Source of the DNA: Myxococcota bacterium
GTDB lineage: Bacteria; Myxococcota_A; Polyangia; Nannocystales; Nannocystaceae
Assembly: GCA_039028615.1 (NCBI GenBank)
Contig: JBCCHT010000002.1
Location: forward strand, 1-64,000
DNA length: 64,000 bases
Direction: 5' to 3'
Part shown: positions 58,158-64,000 of the stretch, piece by piece
Position numbering within the stretch: position 1 is the stretch's first letter
Layout of the letters: each line of letters opens with the position of its first letter
The notes under the pieces: model-generated
Databases searched by the model: none
Told to the model about the DNA's origin: nothing
What the model saw: only the letters and a program-made list of their open reading frames with translations
Translations under genes and position numbers: made by a program

Positions 58158-60141
58158 TCAGAGGGTTCGCAGGTACGCGCTGAGGTCGGCGATCTGGACT
58201 TCGGTCAGCGAGTCGAGGTCCGCCATGTCGTGGATGGTGCCGCGATCGGTGAGCAGGGTCCGCAGGTCGCCCGCGCTGCCGTCGTGGTAGTAGGGCGCGC
58301 TATGGGCCAGGCCGACCAACGAGGGGGTGTCGGTCTCCCCCGAAGCGGGTCTTGCCGATCGGGTACTGCTGCCCGTCGGTGAGCTTGTCGCCGTCGTGGC
58401 AGACATCGCAGGCCAGGTCCTTGCTGACGAACAGCTCTCGGCCGCGCGCCACCGCATCGGGTTCGGTGACCGTCGCGGGGCGCGGTGCGTTCATGCTCAA
58501 GATGTAGGCCCGTAGCGCGGCGAACTCTCGCCGACGCACCCGCTGCGACATGCCACCCAGGCGATCGACGGTATGCGACAAGCTCGCCTTGAGGTTGACG
58601 TCCTGCCCGTCCCACTTGTACGGCGCCGTGCCTTCGACCCGACCCGCCAAGATCGGCGTCTGCAAGATCGACTTGCCCAGTCGCCAGGTCAGGCCGTCCG
58701 CTCGTCCTTCGGGGTGACAGCTGGCGCAGGCGAGCACTCCATCGGTCGACATCCGAAAGTCTCGGCCGCGCCGAAACAGCTCGGCTCCCTGCTCGACCTC
58801 GGGCGAACGGAGGCTCGCGGCCAGCTCCGGCCCGTGGTGCCAGGGCGTCGGCGCATCCGAGGCACCCGCCTGCCGAGCCGCGACCCCGTCGACATCGAGC
58901 CGAATCAAGCGACGCGAGAGCTCGCAGTGCACCCACAGCTCTCCGCCGTCGAAGGTGAGCCCATCGACCCCGCACGCGTCTTCCGCTTGGCCACCGACCT
59001 GCGCGCTCCACTTCACGAACGGCGACTGCCCCGAGGCCTCGTGGATCGCCAACACGCGGTCGTCTCCGTAGCCGCCCACGAACAGCACGTCGTTGGCGGC
59101 CTCGTAGGACAGCGCCCGCGGTTGGTGCACCTCGTAGGTCGTGAACCCGGCCCGGGCCGAGGTCGTGCCCGCCCCCGAGATCATCGCGAGACGGTGGACC
59201 AGGGGAGGAATGGACACCTCACCGCCGCCATAGCTGTCCTCCATGTCTTCTTGCGGCCGGAACTTCATCTGCGGCGTGGCGAGCTGGTGCGGGGCCACGA
59301 GCAGGTCGTCGCCGACGAAGCCCACCGTGTAGACATTGCGAGCCTGACGACGGCCGGTATCCGACGGAACCTGGAAGCGGCTGCGCGCCTCTCGGAGCGA
59401 GGCCGTCGTGCTCCTGAAATCCTCGTCCTCTTCGGTCTCGATGTGCATGTGGTCGCGGGGCTCGAGGCTGTGCCAGCGCACCTGCTGCCCGTCGGAGGCC
59501 AAGTCGACGACCGCCAGCACCCCGCTGGACAAAAAGCCCACCGCCGCCCGACGCCCGTCGCTCGACACCGCCACGCCGCGGGGCTCGGCCGTCAGCTCGC
59601 GCCGCCACTGCACTCGAAGACTCGCGACATCGATCGCGACCAGCTGTTGGTCGGCCACGCTCGTCGCCAGCAGGGTCTTGCCGTCGGGCGTCAGGGCCAG
59701 CCCGTGCGGCTCCCGCAGGGGCAGCTCGCGAACAACCGCCAGCCCTTGGCCCTTCGCGTCGCCCGGATCCACTTGCACGACGCGATCCGCAGTCCGGTCC
59801 GCCACGAACACCAGACCCGCGCCGTCGTGCACCATCTCGCCGATGCCCTCGTGCAGGGTCAGCTGTCCCACCGGGTTGCCCTGCCGATCGCTGCGAATCA
59901 CCGCCCCCGCATTGCGCTCGACCACCAGCAGACCGTGGGCATCGGCGATGACCGTCCCGCCGTGGCTGCCCGCATGGGGCCCGACCTGCGGCGCCCGAAC
60001 CGAGCCGACGACGTCACCTTCCGTGGCGAGGCTGGTCCGGGATGACCTCAGCCTGGGCTCGAACCCGTCCGCGTGTGCCGAGGAGATCCCTACGGCGAGC
60101 AGCAAACAGGAGGCGGCGGTGATCCAGACCCGGCGTGGCAT
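58158..60141 (-). pseudogene. YncE-like beta-propeller plus di-heme cytochrome c (CcP/MauG-like) protein, split by a 1-nt frameshift (real lesion or sequencing error)
   Basis: Signal peptide, propeller repeats (PHGLALTPDG, PRGVAVSSDG), CASCH and CDVCH; the conserved TPSLVGL.HSAPYYHDGS...YLRTL tail is in another frame after the C5 run at 58337-58341. Confidence 0.8.
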
Positions 60142-60264
60142 GTCGGTCCCCAGACGTGTGAGGACCCAATTCGATTTCAACCCAGGGCCTGAATTCCACC
60201 AACTTCCCGCCCCGAAGCGGGCCTAGTGTAGTGAGTCTGCAATCCGCTTCGAGAGAACGCCGTC

Positions 60265-60281
60265 AGCGCGGGCCGTGCCAA
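60265..60281 (-). promoter_or_regulatory. Candidate sigma54 (-24/-12) promoter for the cytochrome/WD40 genes
   Basis: Minus strand TTGGCACG-GCCC-GCGCT: perfect -24 element and correctly spaced GC at -12 (GCGC instead of TTGC), about 125 nt upstream of ATG 60141. Confidence 0.35.
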
Positions 60282-60365
60282 AGCGCGAAGAGGGCGTTCA
60301 TCGGGTATCTCTCGAAGCGGATCGCAGACTCGACACACTAGTGCCAAACAGCGCTCTGGAGGCGT

Positions 60366-60776
60366 TCAGCCGCCGTCCGACGAGTCGAGCGCGGAGCCAC
60401 TGCTGCTGCTCTCGCTGCTGCCCGTGCCCGTCGTCCCCTCGTCGCCGCCCGAACTGCTGCCCTCGCTCGATTCCATCGGCGGCGGTGCGTCGGTCGTGGC
60501 CGGTGGCATGGGCGAGTCCTCGCAGATGCACGGGCCCCGCTCCAGGCCGCTGTCCAGGCACAGCTGCGTCCCCGACCCGCCATTTGCGCACGTGCACGGC
60601 AGCGGCTCGCCCGCGACGCACTCCCCGAAGTCGATGGCCTGTGTCCCGCCCGAGTCGAGCCCGACCTCCTCCACGTTCTCCGACTGACAGCCAAACCACA
60701 GCGAAAGCCCCAGCGCCAATCCCCACACCACCGTTCGAGATGCGGGCACGGCAGCGAGACCATCGAGGGCAGGCAT
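60366..60776 (-). CDS. Small Cys-motif lipoprotein with Ser/Gly-rich tail
   Basis: Lipobox WFGC; CVAGEPLPCTCANGGSGTQLC...CIC motif common in myxobacterial surface proteins. Confidence 0.6.
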   Translation of the reverse strand: MPALDGLAAVPASRTVVWGLALGLSLWFGCQSENVEEVGLDSGGTQAIDFGECVAGEPLPCTCANGGSGTQLCLDSGLERGPCICEDSPMPPATTDAPPPMESSEGSSSGGDEGTTGTGSSESSSSGSALDSSDGG

Positions 60777-60952
60777 CACCCTTTCGATGTATCTGCCGCC
60801 GCCCGTGGGTGTCAACGAAGAACGCGCCCCGACCCGCCCGAGCGATCCCGAGCAGCGACGCCGAGACTCTCATGGAGTCCGAGATTGGGCCCGGCCCAGC
60901 GCCGCCCTTTTCGGACGAGCACTGGGCGAGCTCGACTCCCGATGCGCGTCGA

Positions 60953-62380
60953 TCAGACCTTCACGCGCGGCAAGAAGCGACCGCGCCGCTGCGAGTGCTC
61001 TTGCAGCAGCGGCTCGAGCATCTCGGTGAGGAACTCGTCGACCTGCTCGGGCGCTCGCCCGACATAGGCCGCCGGCTCGATGACGTCGTCACGCACGAAG
61101 GGCCCGAGCTTGTCGTCGCCGCGCATGCGGTCGAGCAAGTCGTTGCTCGCCCCTTCTTGCTTCATGCGCCGCACGGCTTCGTGGCTGTGCACGCGCACCC
61201 GCTCGTGCAGGTCCTGGCGGCTCTCGCCCCCGCGCACCCCGGCCATGATGACGTTCTCGGTCGCCATGAAGGGCAGCTCCTGCTCGAGGTTCGCCCGCAC
61301 CACCGCCGGGTGCACGATGAGCCCCGCGGTCACGTCAGCGAGTAGATTGAGGATGGCGTCGGTGGCCAAGAAGGCCTCGGTCAGCACGAGCCTTCGGTTG
61401 GCGCTGTCGTCCAGAGTCCGCTCGAACCACTGGTTGGCGTGGGTCTGCCCCGGGCTGGTCGACAGCGACAGCACGAAGCGGGCGAGGCTCGAGACCCGCT
61501 CGCTCCGCATGGGGTTGCGCTTGTAGGCCATGGCCGAGGATCCGATCTGGCTCTTGCCGAACGGCTCCTCCACCTCGCGCTCGTGCGACAGCAAGCGGAT
61601 GTCGCCCGCGAGCTTGGCCGCCGACCCACACAGGTCGGCCAGCGTCGACAGCACCCAGGTGTCGAACTTACGCGGGTAGGTCTGGCCGCTGACCGGCACC
61701 GAGTGCGAGAACTCGAACGAGGCGGCGACCCGGCGATCGAGCTCGCGTACCTTCTCATGGTCGCCGTCGAACAGCGCCAAGAAGGAGGCCTGGGTCCCGG
61801 TGGTGCCCTTGACCCCGCGGAAGGGCAGCCGCTCCCGCAGCGATTGCAGGCTCTGGAGGTCGAAGGCCAGGTCCTGCGCCCACAGGCACGCCCGCTTGCC
61901 CACCGTCGTCAGCTGTGCCGGCTGAAAGTGGGTGTAGGCCAGGGTGGGCAGGTTCCGGTACTCCCGAGCGAACCCCGCGAGCTGATCGATGACGGTGAAG
62001 AGCCGATCCATCAGCAGCTCGAGCCCGTCCCGCATCATCACCAGCTCGGCGTTGTCGGCGACGTAGCAGCTGGTCGCCCCCAGGTGGATGATCTTCTCGG
62101 CCTCGGGGCCGACCCGCTCGCCGTAGTGCTGCACGTGGGCCATGACGTCGTGGCGCAGCTTCGCCTCGAGCTCGGCCACCCGCTCGAAGTCGACCTCGTC
62201 GCGATGGGCAACCAGCGATTCGATCTGAGCGTCGGTGATCGGCAGGCCGAGCGCCTGCTCTCCGCGCGCCAGCGCAATCCAGAGGTCGCGCCACAACTTC
62301 ACGCGACGCAGGTCGCCGAAGTTGTCGACCATGGCGGCCGTGGCGTAGCGAGTGGCCAGGGGACTTTGGTAGCCCGACAT
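60953..62380 (-). CDS. purB: Adenylosuccinate lyase
   Basis: YQSPLATRYA, RHDVMAHV, IHLGATSCYV, THFQPAQLTTVGKR, GSSAMAYKRNPMRSE, WFERTLDDSA. Confidence 0.95.
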   Translation of the reverse strand: MSGYQSPLATRYATAAMVDNFGDLRRVKLWRDLWIALARGEQALGLPITDAQIESLVAHRDEVDFERVAELEAKLRHDVMAHVQHYGERVGPEAEKIIHLGATSCYVADNAELVMMRDGLELLMDRLFTVIDQLAGFAREYRNLPTLAYTHFQPAQLTTVGKRACLWAQDLAFDLQSLQSLRERLPFRGVKGTTGTQASFLALFDGDHEKVRELDRRVAASFEFSHSVPVSGQTYPRKFDTWVLSTLADLCGSAAKLAGDIRLLSHEREVEEPFGKSQIGSSAMAYKRNPMRSERVSSLARFVLSLSTSPGQTHANQWFERTLDDSANRRLVLTEAFLATDAILNLLADVTAGLIVHPAVVRANLEQELPFMATENVIMAGVRGGESRQDLHERVRVHSHEAVRRMKQEGASNDLLDRMRGDDKLGPFVRDDVIEPAAYVGRAPEQVDEFLTEMLEPLLQEHSQRRGRFLPRVKV

Positions 62381-62502
62381 CGCGCGGAGGATAGCCCTGC
62401 CGCCCTGCGCAATCCTCGCAGCCTCGCCCCTGCCGCTCACGCCCCCAACCCCATGAAATCCCAGGCAGTTTTGAATAACTTCGGCAGTGGGCGAAACCAA
62501 GC

Positions 62503-62527
62503 GGAATAATGCCCGGGGCCACGGGTT
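62503..62527 (+). promoter_or_regulatory. Candidate autoregulatory ECF (SigR/SigH-type) promoter GGAAT-N17-GTT
   Basis: GGAAT at 62503-62507 and GTT at 62525-62527, 18 nt before the ECF start codon. Confidence 0.55.
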
Positions 62528-62545
62528 GGGCGGGACGAGACAACG

Positions 62546-63196
62546 ATGGACACAGCCGCACGGCAGGAGTTTGAAAAAGTCGCCCTTCCCCACCTCGACT
62601 CGCTCTATGGGGCAGCCCTCCGACTCACCCGCAACCCCTCGGAAGCCGAGGATCTGGTTCAGGACAGCTTCGTCCGGGCCTATCGCTTCTGGCACACGTT
62701 CAAGGCCGGAACGAGCATCAAGGCCTGGCTGTTCACGATCCTGCGGAACACGTTCATCAACCGCTACCACCGAGGCAACCGCCGCCGTACCGCGCGGCAC
62801 GACCTCGAGGCCCAGCTGAACTCGCTGGGTACCGACGCCGCCGTCGCCCGCACCACCCCGCAGTTGCCCGGGCCCGAAGCCGCCGTCTCCCAGCAGGTCA
62901 CCCGAGACCGCATCTACGCCGCTCTCGAGTCCGTCCCCGAGGACTACCGCGCCGCGGTGATGCTCGCGGACCTCGAGGGGCTCGCCTACAAGGAAATCGC
63001 GGAGATCATGGACTGCCCCATCGGCACCGTGATGAGCCGCATCTACCGGGGCCGTCGTTTGCTCGCCAAGCTGCTCAAGGATCACGCAGCGGAGCTCGGC
63101 CTCATCGACCCCGACGAAGAACTCGCCCGCTCCGCCAAGCGCTCGGGCAAGACCGTCGATCTCGAGACCTACCGTAATAAGCGAGGGACCGCATGA
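62546..63196 (+). CDS. ECF sigma factor (SigR/SigH-like)
   Basis: HLDSLYGAALRLTRNPSEAEDLVQD, AWLFTILRNTFIN, YKEIAEIMDCPIGTVMSRIYRGR. Confidence 0.93.
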   Translation: MDTAARQEFEKVALPHLDSLYGAALRLTRNPSEAEDLVQDSFVRAYRFWHTFKAGTSIKAWLFTILRNTFINRYHRGNRRRTARHDLEAQLNSLGTDAAVARTTPQLPGPEAAVSQQVTRDRIYAALESVPEDYRAAVMLADLEGLAYKEIAEIMDCPIGTVMSRIYRGRRLLAKLLKDHAAELGLIDPDEELARSAKRSGKTVDLETYRNKRGTA

Positions 63197-64000
63197 GCTT
63201 GAAGGACATACGCTCCGAATGCTCCGATGTCGCCGGGCTGCTCCAGCCCTACGTCGACGCCGAGTTGACCCCCGACGAGCAAGTCGTCGTGGCCACCCAC
63301 CTCGAAGACTGTTCGGGCTGCCGCGCTGCGGTGTCGGAGCAGGCCTGGGTCCGGGCGACCCTCCAGGGCGTCGAGCGAGAAACTGCGCCACAAGCGCTCC
63401 GCGCCAAGGTCCTGCTGGCCCTCGACGAAGTCGACCAAGAGCAGGCAGCCGAGGCCGCGGCCAGTGCACCCCCGGGGTTGGGTACCCGCATGTGGGCGCG
63501 GCTGCGAGACCTCGGCCGCGGAGGCCTCATCATGGTCCCGGCCGGCGCGGTCGCAGTGGCCCTGTTCTTCATGGCTCAGGAGGGCCTGGTCACCCCCGAG
63601 ACCCCCGACGTCGCCACGGCTCCGGGCTACGGATTGGGCTCTGCCATCCTTCCCGGTGCGGAAGCCAGCGTTCCGCATGCCGACCAAGGCCTCAACCGCG
63701 CGATCGCCGAGCTCGAGCCTCAGGTGGGCTTCCTTCCGCAGGTCGCCACCGGAAGCAAAGCCGCCGACGATCCTCAGCTCGTCGGGGCGAGCCTCGATGA
63801 GCGCGGAACCGAAGCCCCCGCGGCCCGGCTCCGGTACCAGCTTTCCGGGGGGCAGCACGTCGTCGACCGCCAGCTTCCCGCGCAGGCCTTCTCCCCGCGG
63901 GGTGCCACCTACGACGTCTCTGGACGCTCGTACCACCTGCATTTCGACGACGCGGGCCAGCCCGTGCTGTCGTTCAAGGTCGGAAGCGTCGGGCACATGC
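63193..64000 (+). CDS. Zinc-binding (ZAS/zf-HC2) transmembrane anti-sigma factor, truncated by the window end
   Basis: Absent from the ORF track (no stop in the window); read by hand from ATG 63193: MSLKDIRSECSDVAGLLQPYVDAELTPDEQVVVATHLEDCSGCR (HxxxCxxC), later TM GGLIMVPAGAVAVALFFMA. Confidence 0.88.
   Translation, partial: MSLKDIRSECSDVAGLLQPYVDAELTPDEQVVVATHLEDCSGCRAAVSEQAWVRATLQGVERETAPQALRAKVLLALDEVDQEQAAEAAASAPPGLGTRMWARLRDLGRGGLIMVPAGAVAVALFFMAQEGLVTPETPDVATAPGYGLGSAILPGAEASVPHADQGLNRAIAELEPQVGFLPQVATGSKAADDPQLVGASLDERGTEAPAARLRYQLSGGQHVVDRQLPAQAFSPRGATYDVSGRSYHLHFDDAGQPVLSFKVGSVGHM

Noticed and set aside
60330..60348. Second TGGCAC on the minus strand as a sigma54 site
   Set aside because: No GC at the -12 position (TGGCACT-AGTG-TGTC).
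60953..63469. 838-aa version of purB, and N-terminally extended versions of serA, rpoZ, btuD and the Omp85 gene in the ORF track
   Set aside because: The extensions overlap neighbouring genes and lack homology; internal starts match the family N-termini.

Overview
High-GC (visually about 70%) bacterial chromosomal segment. MYXO-CTERM sorting signals, Cys-rich repeat lipoproteins and Gly-rich surface proteins point to a myxobacterium, probably Nannocystaceae-like (inference). About 58 genes are tightly packed; I saw no rRNA, tRNA, CRISPR array, transposase or prophage. Housekeeping genes: yacG, an aspartate aminotransferase, rsmD, serA, pdxB, a short CbiX/SirB chelatase, a pyrG-rpoN-hprK-rapZ-EIIA-ptsH-ptsI regulatory PTS cluster, a biotin carboxylase, rpoZ with an acidic tail, purB, and a SigR/SigH-type ECF sigma factor with a zinc anti-sigma. 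Most interesting: (1) a three-gene operon DUF2760 + Hsp70 + Hsp70-DUF3731, where DUF2760 looks like a membrane-associated GrpE-like factor and both Hsp70s are lidless with altered linkers; (2) a cobalamin-riboswitch operon btuB + beta-propeller lipoprotein + BtuH-like lipoprotein + btuFCD, resembling Bacteroidetes-style B12 capture; (3) pyrG joined directly to rpoN without the kdsA/lptCAB genes often found between them; (4) a beta-propeller/di-heme cytochrome c gene split by a 1-nt homopolymer frameshift; (5) an orphan DNA adenine methyltransferase inside the serA-pdxB operon; (6) several unusual surface enzymes (NlpC/P60-like lipoprotein, pseudo-metzincin, peptidase-propeller-Omp85 fusion, copper monooxygenase, gamma-carboxylase homolog). 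All family assignments come from motif recognition by eye, not database searches.
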